Origin: Eledone cirrhosa
Taxonomy: Eukaryota
Length of the DNA: 64,000 bases
NCBI GenBank assembly: GCA_964016885.1
Contig: CAXHJY010001764.1
Coordinates: forward strand, 1-64,000
Direction of reading: 5' to 3'
Part shown: in pieces, positions 11,974 through 25,406 of the stretch
Position numbering within the stretch: position 1 is the first letter of the stretch
Layout of the letters: each line of letters opens with the position of its first letter
Notes under the pieces: model-generated
The model's input: the letters and a program-made list of their open reading frames with translations, nothing else
Databases searched by the model: none
What the model was told of the DNA's origin: nothing
Position numbers and translations under genes: made by a program

Positions 11974-13310
11974 ATAGTTTTGCAGGCAATAACGGGGAAG
12001 TTTAAGACCGGATGCCCATGGGAACTCCTGTATGCAGATGACCTCGCACTTAGAGCTGAATCTATGGTAGAACTAGAGAAGAAATTCCAAACATGGAATC
12101 AGGTACTAGAAAGAAAGGATCTCAAACTCAACCTGATAAAGACTAAGGTCCTTGTAAGTAGACAAGAAAACAGAACCCAGACCCCCTCAGGGAAATGGCC
12201 TTGCTCAGTATGTAGGAAAGGTGTAGGTAGGAACTCCATTCTGTTCCTCAAATGCAAACAATGGGTACACAAGAGATGTAGTGGGATGTCAGGAAGCTTA
12301 ACTAAAAATGTAGCCTTCACATGCAGCAGCTGTGCTGAGACAGCAAGCAGCAAACAGCCACAGGAAACAAGCACCACCAAACTCTGGGAGGACTCTGTAG
12401 AAACAGTAGACAGCTTCTGCTACCTAGGTGACCGAATTAACAGCGGAGGTGGGTGTTCGGAAAGTACAATAATTAGGGTAAGAACGGGAAGGAAGAAGTT
12501 TAGGGAGCTACTGCCACTGCTAGCTGCAAAAGGCTTTTCCCTCAAAATGAAAGGCTGACTGTATGATGCGTGTATACGAACAGCAATGTTACATGGTTGT
12601 GAGACCTGGGCGCTGTCTGTGGAAGACTTGCGTAGATTAGAAAGAAACGAAGCTTGCATGCTCTGATGGATGTATAATAGTAATTTACGTGAACGGCAAA
12701 GGATAATTGAATTGAGAGAGAGACTGAGCATAAGAGGAATCAAATGCTGTGTGCAGGAAAGGAGGTTACGTTGGTATGGACATGTGATGCATATGAAGGA
12801 TGACAGCTGCATAAAAAGGTGCAGAGCACTAGAAGTTTGAGGAAGCCGCGGAGTGGGGAGACCCAAGAAGACCTGGGATGAGGTGATAAAAGCCGACCTT
12901 ACCTAATTACACCTCTCAAAGGCGATGACACATGACCGTGACCTCTGGCGTCACGCAGTAATACAGAAGACCCGAACCCCCATGGGTATAAGCCGAAGCT
13001 GAAGCATATAGACAATATGTCCCCACACCCTCCCACTGTAAAGAGGTTGTGGAGGTGCCACGGCAAAAAAGCACCCAGCCCACAGTGTAAAGTGGACGTG
13101 TAGGCGCCACGGAAAGAAAGCACCCAGCACTCATTGTAAATGAGGTTGGTGTTAGGAAGGGCATCCAGCTGTAGAAATCAAGCCAGAATCAGTGCCTGTA
13201 TGAGCAAGGCATGGTTAGCCGACTGGCTACTGCCCACAACAGGACAACACGTCTAACCCATGCTAGCATGTAAGAACGGACATAAAATGGTGATGTTGAT
13301 GTGATGATGA
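11974..13310 (+). mobile_element. RTE LINE family B, 5'-truncated, with stop codons
   Basis: [11 protein letters not shown]-like insert, FCYLGD; 3' UTR and (GAT)n tail. Confidence 0.9.
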
Positions 13311-13327
13311 TATATATATATATATAT

Positions 13328-13659
13328 ATCATCATTTTTATGTCCGCTTTTCCCTGCTTGCAAGGGTGGGACGGGAACTGATTCTGGCTTGATTTCTACA
13401 GCTGGATGCCCTTCCTAACACCAACCTCATTTACTGTGAGTGCTGGGTGCTTTTTTTTGCCGTGGCACCTCCACGACCACTTTGCAGTGGAATGATAGGG
13501 ACCCCAGTCCTATCATCTCATTTCTACAGCTGAGTAAACTGGAGCAATGTGAAATAAAGTGTCTTGCTCAAGGAAACAACACATCACCCAGTCTGAGAAT
13601 TGAACTTACAACCATTCGATTGCAAGGCCAATGCTCTAACCACTAAGTCATGTGCCTCC
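13328..13659 (-). mobile_element. tRNA-derived SINE
   Basis: Same family as 4499-4842. Confidence 0.88.
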
Positions 13660-13690
<31 letters not shown>

Positions 13691-14902
13691 CCGATATGTC
13701 ATCTGGTGGTCCCTAAGGAAACTAGGTGTAGAGGAATGGCTTGTGAGGACAGTGCAAGCTATGTACAGGGGTGCTGTCAGTTAAGTGAGATTAGGAATGG
13801 AGTTTAGTGAGGAATTCCAGATACAAATAGGAGTACATCAGGGTTCGGTCCTCAACCTGCTCTTATTCATTATAGTCCTCCAAGCCGTAACAGAGGAGAC
13901 TGGTTGCCCATGGGAACTTCTCTAAGCTGACGATTTGGTTCTTATAGCAGAATCAGTAGAGGAGCTAGAGAATAAATTCCAACAGCAAGTTGGAATCAAG
14001 AGGACTGAGAGTGAACATAGCTAAGACGAAAGTGTTGATGAGTAGAAAAGAGGACAATACTCTGATTCCATCAGGGAAATGGCCATGTTCGATATGTAGG
14101 AAAGGAACTGGCATAAATTCTATAAAATGTACACAATGCAGATCTTGGGTACACAAGAGATGTAGCGATATAGCAGGCAAACTAACAGGTAGGGGAAAAT
14201 ATGTATGCAGTAGATTTACAGGGAAATTTGACAGTAGAAGTAGCATTGATAGTCACATTTTTCAAATGCAGGTGTGTGCTATAGAAGTGGTTGATAGCTT
14301 CCGGTACCTAGGTGATGATATTAGCATGGGAGGGGGGTGTTCCGAGGCCATAGTATCTAGAATAAGGACGGGTTGGAAGAAGTTTAGGGAGCTGTTTCCT
14401 CTGTTGACAAACAAGGGTTTCTCCCTGCATACAATAGGCTGGTTGTATGATGCCTGTGTGAGATGCTCGATGCTGCATGGTAGTGAGACAGGGGCAGCAA
14501 CTGCAGAGGATATGCGACGGCTAGAGAGAAATGATGCAAGCATGCTCCGTTGGATGTGCAATGTCAATGTGCGTGAACGATCAAGCATAGATGAGTTAAG
14601 AGAGAAACTGTATAAGAGGAATAAGTTGTAGTGTGCAGGAGAGGAGACTGCGATGGTATGGACATGTGTTGCGCATGGAGGATGACCACTGGGTAAAGTA
14701 GTGCCAAGAAATCCCAGTAGAAGGAAGACGCAGTAGAGGAAGACCACGAAAAACATGGGCAGAGGTGGTGAGAGCAGACCTCAGATTGCTGAAGCTCACA
14801 GAAGAGATGACAAAGGACTGTCACGAGTGGAGAGATGCCTTGCTGAATAGGACCTGTTCCACCCTTGCAAGCAGGGAAAAGCTGATGTAAAACGATATGA
14901 TG
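13691..14902 (+). mobile_element. RTE LINE family C, 5'-truncated and degenerate
   Basis: Collinear with 46975-48210. Confidence 0.88.
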
Positions 14903-14936
14903 TATATATGTATATATATATCTATATATTTATATG

Positions 14937-15007
<71 letters not shown>

Positions 15008-15168
15008 ATGTATATATATGTATATATATATATGTATATATATATGCATATTTATATATGTATATATATATATGTATATATATATGTATATATATATATA
15101 CATGTATATATATATATGTATATATATATATGTATATATATACATGTATATATATATATATATACATG

Positions 15169-15203
<35 letters not shown>

Positions 15204-15356
15204 GTATATATGTATATATATATGTATATATGTATATATATATGTATATATGTATAGTAATAATAATAAAATTGAAGACTAAAATCCAAAGAGGGCTCGA
15301 TAAGGAAAATATATATCAAATATATAAGAACTGTAGAGCAAATATTTATTAAAATA

Positions 15357-15432
15357 ACAGATTAAAGTTTAAGCAAAGAATCGCTGCTTTCACCCTTAAT
15401 GGGATCTTCTGAAACTAACAAAGTCAATCTGT
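15357..15432 (-). ncRNA. Extended type I hammerhead-like RNA with variant core CAGAAGA
   Basis: Reverse complement reads ACAGATTGA-CTTTGTT-AGTTT CAGAAGA TCCC-ATTAA-GGGT GAA AGCAG-CGATTCT-TTGCT T AAACT TTAATCTGT. Confidence 0.65.
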
Positions 15433-16324
15433 AAACGCAGAACTGGATATTTCAAAAAACGTTGCAACCGGAGGAAGACAGGAAGATGATACTTTGGTTC
15501 GTGGTAACGTTCGCTGGCAAAGAACGGGAAAAAACGAATAATACGTCATTAATAGGAGCGGTGAAAAACAATTACGCGCAAAGACAAAACCACGTATATG
15601 GTATAAAAGAGGTCGTGGACTAATGTTCTCTTAGGTGGTGCATAGAGACGTTCTCTGGCAATGAACGAAAAAACGAAGATAATAAGTCATATGTGGAGCG
15701 TGGAGAACAAAAGCACGCAAAGACAAAACCACGTAAATGGTATAGCAGAAGTCGTAGACTAAGATTCCAACTAGGAGACCAAGTGAATCTCCGCTACAGA
15801 GTTAAGAACAAAGTAAATAAATACAATACAGAAGAAATAGAAACAAATAAATACATACACGCAAACAGATACGTACATACACAAGCATACGCAAAACCTT
15901 ACCATAGGTATACAAAACCACGCACATATAAATGTGTGTGTGTGTGTATGCTTGTGTACAAATAAATAAATAATTATATAAACGTATATAACAAGCGCAC
16001 ACACATACCTACATATAAATACATGAATGTTCGGAGACGTAAGTCAACTAAAACAAGAAGTACACATATACACACACCCACCATACGTACGAACCTGCAT
16101 ACTCACTCGGACGCAAAACTCCCGTATACACATAGCCAAACCCTAAATACCAGAATATGTAAAAATGATACGCCATAACAGTCAGATATACGTACGAGAA
16201 GGTATACATACCTTCACAAAACATATGGGTAATATATACTTACCTATGCAAATAAGTAAAGGAATAAACAAAACATATACTTAGCTCCCACATCAAGACG
16301 TAAAATATTCACGTATAGATCGTG

Positions 16325-16975
16325 CTATCCGTTAGGGTATAACGTGGGGCTGTAATACAGGAAAGTTTTGTTTAATTTATGTTTACAAGCCGAAATTGCC
16401 TCAGATTTTTTGTTTAAGATGTGGTCTGTGGTGTAGAGTATTTCCAGGGCCTCAGCGGCGCAGAGGTCACATGGTCTAATATTTCCGTTATACGATCTAG
16501 CCCTAGCTAGGATCTCCCAGTGTAACTTATATTGGGTGTGGTTGTCTTTTAGACTCCAGATATAAGCTGAAAATGACGTCATATTCCTTCTTAGAGGGTA
16601 ACGAAAAGAATGGGTATGCATGTAAAGACGCTGCTTGAAACTATTGGCGGTTAACCCTATGTAGGCCCTACGGGACGTGGGTGTTACAACCTTACATTTG
16701 TAGACAATGTTACTAGAGAGGCATTTCCCAGATAGGGGGCAATCAGCCCGATTCCTACAATTACAGTTTGTACTAACTACAGGGTTGCACGTGTTCCTAC
16801 GGCTAGGTAGTTTAGCTAAATTTGAAGCTGTGATGTTATGTGCAAGGTTAGGAGTCGTAGAGTAAGAAATTTTAATAGTATTTCTATTAAAAATTTTACT
16901 ATATTTATGTGTAGGGGTAAAATGCTTTGTAATAAGGGAAAGAAAGATCTTAGCTAATGGTGTGGCCACCTCCAT
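16325..16975 (-). CDS. PLE thumb/linker + GIY-YIG endonuclease (truncated)
   Basis: (WFNPPY), [53 protein letters not shown]. Confidence 0.82.
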   Translation of the reverse strand: MEVATPLAKIFLSLITKHFTPTHKYSKIFNRNTIKISYSTTPNLAHNITASNLAKLPSRRNTCNPVVSTNCNCRNRADCPLSGKCLSSNIVYKCKVVTPTSRRAYIGLTANSFKQRLYMHTHSFRYPLRRNMTSFSAYIWSLKDNHTQYKLHWEILARARSYNGNIRPCDLCAAEALEILYTTDHILNKKSEAISACKHKLNKTFLYYSPTLYPNG

Positions 16976-17117
16976 ATTATATGGTGGGTTAAACCAACAA
17001 ATGTGACGGGATCTATTTCTTCTAGGTCTATTTTCATACTCTATATGCTACCTTATCGACAAATCCACTTCGAGCAAGAGCTTCATTGTAATATGTATAT
17101 ATGTGTATTAATATGTA

Positions 17118-17198
<81 letters not shown>

Positions 17199-17453
17199 AT
17201 ATATATATATGTATATATATATATGTATGTATATATATATATATGAATATATATATGTATATATATATGTATATATGTATATATGAATATATATATGTAT
17301 ATATGAATATATATATATATATGTATATATATGTATATATATATGTGTGTATATATATATATAAGTATATATAAATGAAAAGTATAGAAATTGTTGTAGC
17401 GAGAAGCTAACAACATAAGTATATATATATATGTATATATATGTATATATATG

Positions 17454-17488
<35 letters not shown>

Positions 17489-17501
17489 GTATATATATAT
17501 G

Positions 17502-17536
<35 letters not shown>

Positions 17537-17598
17537 GTATATATATATGTATATATATATATATGTATATATATATGTATATATATATATGTATATAT

Positions 17599-17632
<34 letters not shown>

Positions 17633-18057
17633 ATATGTATATGTATATATATATGTATATATATGTATGTATATATATATATTTATATGTATATATATGT
17701 ATATATGTATATATATATGTATATATATGTATATATATATATGTATATATATATATTTATATATATATGTATATATATGTATATATATATATATATATGT
17801 ATATATATGTATATATATATGTATATATATATGTATATACATATATGTATATATATATATGTATATATATATATGTATATATATATGTATATACATATAT
17901 ATGTATATATATATATGTATATATATATGTATGTATATATGTATGTATATATGTATGTATGTATATATGTATGTATATATGTATGTATATATATGTGTAT
18001 GTATATATATATGTATATATATATGTATGTATATATGTATGTATATATATATGTATG

Positions 18058-18112
<55 letters not shown>

Positions 18113-18123
18113 GTATATATATG

Positions 18124-18170
<47 letters not shown>

Positions 18171-18332
18171 GTATATATATGTATATATATATATATGTAT
18201 ATATATATATGTATATAGATATATATGTATATATATGTATATATATATATATGTATATATATATATGTATATAGATATATATGTATATAGATATATATGT
18301 ATATAGATATATGTATATATATATATATATAT

Positions 18333-20154
18333 ATCATCATCATCATCACCGTTTTACGTCCGTTCTTCCATGCTAGCATGGGTTAGACGGGTTGTCCTGT
18401 TGTGGGCAGTGTCTGGTCGGCTGACCATGCCTTGCTCATACAGGAACTGATTTGGCTTGATTTCTACAGTTGGATGCCCTTCCTAACACCAACCTCATTT
18501 ACAGTGAGTGCTGGGTGCTCTTTCGTGGCGCCTACACGTCCACTTTACAGTGTGGGCTGGGTGCTTTTTTGCCGTGGCACCTCCACGACCACCTTGCGGT
18601 GGGGGGTGTGGGGGCATATTGTCTATATGTTTCAGCTTGTACCCATGGGTGGTCGGGTACTCTGTACTACTGCGTGACGCCAGAAGTCACGGTCGCGTGT
18701 CATTGCCTTTGAGAGGTGTAATTGGGTAAGGTCGGCTTTTATCACCTCATCCCAGGTCATCTTGGGTCTCCCCACTCCGCGGTTTCCATCAACTTATAGT
18801 GCTCTGCACCATTTTATGCAGCTGTCATCCTTCATACGCATCACATGTCCATACCAGCGCAACCGCCTCTCCTGCACACAGCATTTGATTCCTCTTATGC
18901 TCAGTCTCTCTCTCAATTCATTTATGCTTTGTCGTTCACGTATATTACTGTTACACATCCATCGGAGCATGCAGGCTTCGTTTTTCTCTAATCTACGTAA
19001 GTATTCCACCTTCAGCGCCCAGGTCTCACTACCATGCAACATTGCTGTTCGGATACACGCATCATACAGTCTGCCTTTCATTCTGAGGGAGAAGCCTTTT
19101 GCAGCTAGCAGTGGCAGTAGTTCCCTAAACTTCTTCCATCCTGTTCTTACCCTAGTTATTGTACTTTCTGAACACCCACCTCCGCTGCTAATTCGGTCAC
19201 CTAGGTAGCAGAAGCTGTCTACTGTTTCTACAGAGCCCTCCCAGAGATTAGTGGTACTTTTTTCCTGTGGCTGTTTGCTGCTTGCTGTCTTAATTAAGCT
19301 TCCTGAGATCCCACTACATCTCTTGTGTACCCATTGTTTGCATTTGGGGCAGAGAATGGAGTTCCTACCTACACCTTTCCTACATACTGAGCAAGGCCAT
19401 TTCCCTGAGGGGATCTGGGTTCTGTTTTCTCGTCTACTTACAAGGACCTTAGTCTTTGTCATGTTGACTTTGAGACCCTTTCTTTCTAGTCCCTGCTTCC
19501 AAGTTTGGAATTTATTCTCTAGTTCTACCATAGATTCAGCTATGAGTGCGAGGTCATCAGCATACAGGAGTTCCCATGGGCATCCGGTCTTAAACTCCTC
19601 CGTTATTGCCTGCAGGACTATGATGAACAGGAGGGGGCTAAGAACAGAGCCCTGGTGGACCCCAACCTGTACGCTAAATTCCTCGCTATACTCATTGCTA
19701 ATCCTAACTTTGCTGACTGCTCCCCTATACATGGCCTGTACCACTTTCACAAGCCATTCATCTACTCCTAGTTTTCTAAGAGCCCACCAGATTACAGCAC
19801 GTGGAACTCTGTCAAAGGCTTTCTCAAGGTCGACAAATGCCAGGTAGAGTAGCTTACTTTTAGCTAGGTACTTTTCCTGTAATTGCCTCACAAGGAAGGC
19901 ATCAGTGGTGCCTCTCCCTGGTACAAACCCAAATTGCATCTCGTCTATTTTCACCCGGTCCCTAATCAACTGTGCTATAACTCTTTCTGTTACTTTCATG
20001 ACCTGGTCCATCAACTTTATACCTCTATAGTTTCCTCTATCTAGTGCATCGCCTTTACCTTTGTAGCAGTTGACAATGATGCTACTGCACCAATCTTTTG
20101 GTATGACACCTTCTAGTATTACCTGGTTAACAATACGTGTGGTTATAGTGTGAC
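18333..20154 (-). mobile_element. RTE LINE family B, 5'-truncated (RT ORF 18794-20014)
   Basis: QFGF, FVDLEKAFD, GVHQGSVLSP, YADD. Confidence 0.92.
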
Positions 20155-20900
20155 CTAGACGGGTTGCCTACACTACGGCTTACGGAGCCTCCGTCCGCCC
20201 CTTGTCTGCTCGCTGATATATTCACGAGGGAGTGGTTATCATACAACGTCGGGCATGTATACCGAACGTGAAGGTGGGGCGGGTGGGATTGAAATGAGAA
20301 GGAAATATGGCTTATACGTACAAATTTATATCAACATTTATATCAACATACACATATATATGTATACATATATCTAAATATATTTATATATACATATATA
20401 CATACATACACCCCCCCCCCCCCCCCCACACACACACACATATATATATATACAAATCTCATGCAAACCGAAAAGTTTGGAGATACGAAAAATAAAATTA
20501 AACTTGTCTTAACGGATTCTTTATAACATGTCACCCATCCAACAAATGTATATATATGTATATATATGTATATATATATATGTATACATATAGGCAGGTA
20601 GGCAAATCAGAGAGGCAAGCGAAATAGAGCTTAGAAGGCCAAAGCTAAACAGAAAAAATGAATGGAATAACAACACCCAAACAAATACTGACCCCGCGCA
20701 TATACATACACATACATATGTACATGTGTATATACATATTTACACATTTTTGGGATGGCCGTTGACTCTCATGAGTTCTTCCGCCCTTTGTCAGGTTTTG
20801 TTTTTTGTCCTGCAGGGTGTCCAAAATCACCCTCCTCACCAAGTAAACTTGGTAGGGTTGCCAGTTTACCCGACCATGTGACAGGTTATACATATATATA

Positions 20901-21343
20901 TGTAGCGAAATCTGTCCACGCCTTGAACGTTGGGTGACACCTAAAAGTCAAACTCTAGGTCACCATCCTTTTCGGTGTGGACAGGTTCATGCGTGGGCGA
21001 TCCCTCAAGGTGGGAGACAGAAAGCGACAGGTATATAAAGCCTGTATAATCACACATTTACAGACAGTGATCAGAGCAGTACGCTATTACAAGCTATGTA
21101 AAGATTCATCGCCTACTACAGGCCACAGAGGTCTACAGACCATTACTCTCTCTCTCTCTCCTGGTCTCAGACTACACCAGCCTCATGAACCAACAACAAA
21201 ATAACATTGTCAACCTTTGCAACTCGTGGTAACTTGTTTATTGTTCTTTTTGACTGAAGTGAAGTAAACCTTTTTAAATATAAAGTAATTCAGCTATTCT
21301 TGTTATTTCTTCTAACAAACAACCACTAATATCCTTCGTTACA
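20901..21343 (+). mobile_element. Probable solo LTR
   Basis: Starts TGTAGCGAA and ends TTCGTTACA (TG..CA inverted termini); internal TATATAAA near 21032; TATA on both sides is a possible 4-bp TSD. Confidence 0.65.
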
Positions 21344-21352
21344 TATACGCAT

Positions 21353-21658
21353 ATCATCATTATCATCATTATCATTTTTACGTCCGCTTTTCCTTGCTTG
21401 CAAGGGTGGGACGGGAACTGATTCTGGCTTGATTTCTACAGCTGGATGCCCTTCCTAACACCAACTTTATTTACAGTGAGTGTTGGGTGCTTTTTTTTCC
21501 ATGGCATCTCCACGACCACTTTACAGTGTGGGCTGGGTGCTTTTTTGCCATGGCACCTCCATGACCACTTTGCATTGGAATGATATGGACCCCAGTCCAT
21601 ATCATCTCGTTTCTACAGCTGAGTAAACTGGAGCAATGTGAAATAAAGTGTCTTGCTC
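21353..21658 (-). mobile_element. SINE fragment lacking the tRNA head, with an internally duplicated module
   Basis: Matches the SINE body and tail; the GGGTGCTTTTTT..GGCA..ACCACTTT block occurs twice. Confidence 0.8.
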
Positions 21659-22484
21659 ATTATAACGAATTTTGACTGCTGACGACACCTAAGACCAATG
21701 TTGTCACTGGAAACTTTGTCTGCATGACTCTGGGCACGTCTTTGGATGAGACAGCGAGCCACCTGTTGTTCTGGGAGTTGATCGTCTGGTCTTATTTGTC
21801 CTCCCGTGTCTCTTCCACAAATTTGGAGGTTCAAAATTATTCATAATCAATTATTCTGAAAATAAATAATGGAAATATAGTCACTGTTTTTATGAAGACA
21901 AGAGTGACAACGGAAGTAAAAAAAATTTGCATAAAATTAGCAGTTAAAAATTGCGAACAAATATCGTCCGTACCCTGTATATATGTGTCTGTGTGTGTAT
22001 ATATATATGTGTGTGTGTGTATATACATATATATATATATGTATTGAAGTTTCCGTTGAAAATATATATATATATATACACACACACATATATATACATA
22101 TGTATTGATGTACTACAAGAAGGCTTCCTTTTTAGTCATTTCCAACCCGATTCAGACCAATGCTGTATATCACTGCTTGTTTATTCATGGTAACTATCCT
22201 TCTTTATCACAGACAATAGAGCCTTTCTCTAGCCATTTATACTTCAACTAAGGACCCCGCCTGAAATACTAAGTCTGTGTCTTCCTTTCACACTACATAA
22301 ACAAACCCGTCTATTGTTTTCAGTCTATCGATCAATTATATCTATCTCTCTGTATGACTGTGTAATATATATATACACACACATATATATATATGTGTGT
22401 GTATATATATATAAGCAAAAGGAAAAACTTGAACCGTTAAGGTATTTTTTCTTAGTTATGTCAATATTTATAAAACAAACTTTG

Positions 22485-22545
22485 TATTTTATCTGATGAG
22501 AGCGTACCAAAGTTTTGGTACCCTTGAAATATATATAATAGAATA
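22485..22545 (+). ncRNA. Minimal hammerhead ribozyme, 'TATATA' family
   Basis: TATTTTAT CTGATGA GAGCGTACCAAAGTTTTGGTACCCTT GAAA TATATA TA ATAGAATA. Confidence 0.8.
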
Positions 22546-22625
22546 AATATGGTTTTATAAATATAGTTTCCATTTATTTAATATCATTGTATATATATAT
22601 ATATATTTTCTACTAGCATTTTAAA

Positions 22626-22712
22626 GGGTCTGTCGAGCTGCCGATTATAGAGTTGGGTAAGATCGATACAGATCGAACCTTGAGCTGATCAGTGGCGAAA
22701 CGCGCGTCACCT
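22626..22712 (+). ncRNA. Degenerate hammerhead (core CTGTCGA) with a long stem II
   Basis: GGGT CTGTCGA GCTGCCGAT...ATCAGTGGC GAAA CGCGCG TC ACCT. Confidence 0.6.
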
Positions 22713-22761
22713 ACCAATAGATCTAATGTAGGAGTAACCAATCGTCCTTGTTATCCTTTCA

Positions 22762-22799
<38 letters not shown>

Positions 22800-22800
22800 A

Positions 22801-23285
22801 TATATATAATCTGAGTTTTTCGAATATTAATAATAACATTTGGTTCGTTTGAAATTATGCAAACAAGCCTCATTTTTAAAGCCATGTCAGTAGAATGAAC
22901 CCTTAATTGTTACTCTTGTGTTGGCATGTAAACAGTGATGGCATGTAATAATAACATTCGATTCTGGTTGATCAGTGGATCTGCTAATATGCAGATCTGA
23001 CTGATCAGCCAGTCTGCTAATATGCTAATCAGGCCGATCGGTCATTATATATTTTAGAAAATAGCATATATTATCACTAGTGCTGGCAGGTGAACAGTGA
23101 GCTGTACTGATGAAGGGTGATACCCAGAAACATTAGTGTCTGCAGTTCTGTTTACATGCCAACACAAGAGCAAGAATGAAGGGTTCATTCTACTGACATG
23201 GCTTTAAAAATGAGGCTTGTTTGCATAATTGCAAACGAATCGAATGTTATTATTAATATTCGAAAAACTCAGATTATATATATAT
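22801..23285. mobile_element. Short element with ~135-bp inverted terminal repeats enclosing an HHR (PLE pLTR-like)
   Basis: 22801-22934 is the reverse complement of 23148-23285; TA-flanked. Confidence 0.75.
23099..23148 (+). ncRNA. Type I hammerhead ribozyme
   Basis: GAGCTGTA CTGATGA AGGGT-GAT-ACCCA GAAA CATTAGTG TC TGCAGTTC; 8-bp stem I, GUC site. Confidence 0.82.
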
Positions 23286-23394
23286 ACACATAAGATGTAG
23301 CTTTTCATAAGGCATACAGCACTACTGTCCTAGAGGTTCCCTTGTTTGGCATATGTTTGTTATTGTTGTATATATTATTTGTGAAACAACCAAG

Positions 23395-24360
23395 TTCATG
23401 ATGGTGGTGTTGTGTGTGGTAGTGTTGTGTCGTCTGTTGTTTGTGATGATGATGATGATGATCGTGGTGTTGTGTTGTCTGATGTTTGTGGTGTGTTATC
23501 TAGTGTTGGTAGTGATGGTGGTGTTGTGTTGTCTGTTGTTGTGTGTGATGGTGATGATGATGATGGTGGTGTTGTGTTGTCTGTTGTTGTGTTGTCTGTT
23601 GTTGTGTGTGATGGTGATGATGATGATGGTGGTGTAGTGTTGCCTGTTGTGTGTGGTGGTGGTGATGATGATGGTGTGTCGTCGTTGTTTGTGATGATGA
23701 TGGTGGTGTTGTGTTGTCTGTTATCTATTGTTAGTAGTGATGGTGTTGTTGTGTGTGGTGGTGATGATGATGGTGGTATTGTGTTGTCTGTTGTTGTTTG
23801 TGATGATGATAATGCTAGTGTTGTGTTGTCTGATGTTTGTGGTGTGTTGTCTATTGTTGGTAGTGATGGTGGTGTTGTATTGTCTGTTGTGTGTGGTGGT
23901 GATGATGATGGTGGTGTTGTGTTGTCTGATGTTTGTGGTCTGTTATCTATTGTTGGTAGTGATGGTGTTGTGTGTGGTGGTGATGATGATGGTGGCATTG
24001 TGTTGTCTGTTGTTGTTTGTGATGATGTTGGTGCTGTGTTGTCTGATGTTTGTGCTGTGTTGTCTATTGTTGGTAGTGATGGTGGTGTTGTGGTGATGAT
24101 GATGATGGTGGTGTTGTGTTGTCTGATGTTTGTGGTGGTGTGTTGTCTATTGTTGGTAGTGATAGTGGTGTTGTGTGTGGTGGTGATAGCGGTGTTGTGT
24201 TGTCTGATGTTTGTGGTGGTGTGTTGTCTATTGTTGGTAGTGATGGTGGTGTTGTGTTGTCTGTTTGTGGTGTTGGTGGTGATGGTGTGTTGTTTATGGT
24301 GGTATTGGCGTGTTTGTCTGTTGTTGCTGTTGGTAGTGGTGGTAGTGGTAGGTTGTCTAT
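23395..24360. repeat. Complex (GGT/GAT/GTT)-rich tandem repeat
   Basis: Reiterated GTGTTGTCTG..GGTAGTGATGGTGGT units. Confidence 0.9.
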
Positions 24361-24946
24361 TGGTTTATGAAAATAAGTCAAGGAGACTAGAGATAGATAG
24401 ATAAATAAAATTGGAAGTTAGATATAGAGATTGGTGTGTGTGTGTGTATATATATATATACATACATATGTGTGTGCGTGTATATACGTATGTATATATG
24501 TGTGTGTGTATAAGTATGTATATATATGTGTGTGTGTGTGTGTATATATACGTATGTATATATATATATATGTGTGTGTGTATATATACGTATGTATATA
24601 TATATATATGTGTGTGTATATACGTATGTATATATATATGTGTGTGTGTATATACGTATGTATATATATATGTGTGTGTGTATATATAGGTATGTATATG
24701 TATGTATGTGTGCGTGTGTATATATATACGTATGTATATATATGTATGTATGTGTGTGTATGTATATATATGTATTTATATATACGTATGTATATATACG
24801 TATGTATATATACGTATGTATATATATACGTATGTATATATACGTATGTATATATACGTATGTATATATACGTATGTATATATGCATATGTATATATGCG
24901 TATGTATATATACGTATGTATATATACGTATGTATATATACGTATG

Positions 24947-24982
<36 letters not shown>

Positions 24983-25374
24983 CGTTTGTATATATACGTT
25001 TGTATATATACATATGTATATATATGTATGTATATATATACGTATGTATATATATACGTATGTATATATATACGTATGTATATATATACGTATGTATATA
25101 TATACGTATGTATATATATACGTATGTATATATATACGTATGTATATATATATGTATATATACGTATGTATATATATACGTATGTATATATATGTATGTA
25201 TATATATATGTATGTATATATATACGTATGTATATATATACGTATGTATATATATACGTATGTATATATATACGTATGTATATATATATGTATATATACG
25301 TATGTATATATATACGTATGTATATATATACGTATGTATATATATATGTATATATACCTATGTATATATATACG

Positions 25375-25406
<32 letters not shown>

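Larger units (their letters stand above)
15256..17092 (-). mobile_element. Second 5'-truncated Penelope-like element (Hydra-type linker) with a 3' pLTR carrying a variant HHR
   Basis: GIY-YIG ORF at 16325-16975; 3' module 15256-15548 is repeated at 27669-27962; flanked by TA tracts. Confidence 0.8.

Noticed and set aside
21660-21835. Possible host exon
   Set aside because: No supported splice or ORF context; it may be a decayed LINE C-terminal zinc-finger region.
23396-24404. Mucin-like or V/D/G-rich ORFs
   Set aside because: They are translations of a simple trinucleotide-derived tandem repeat.
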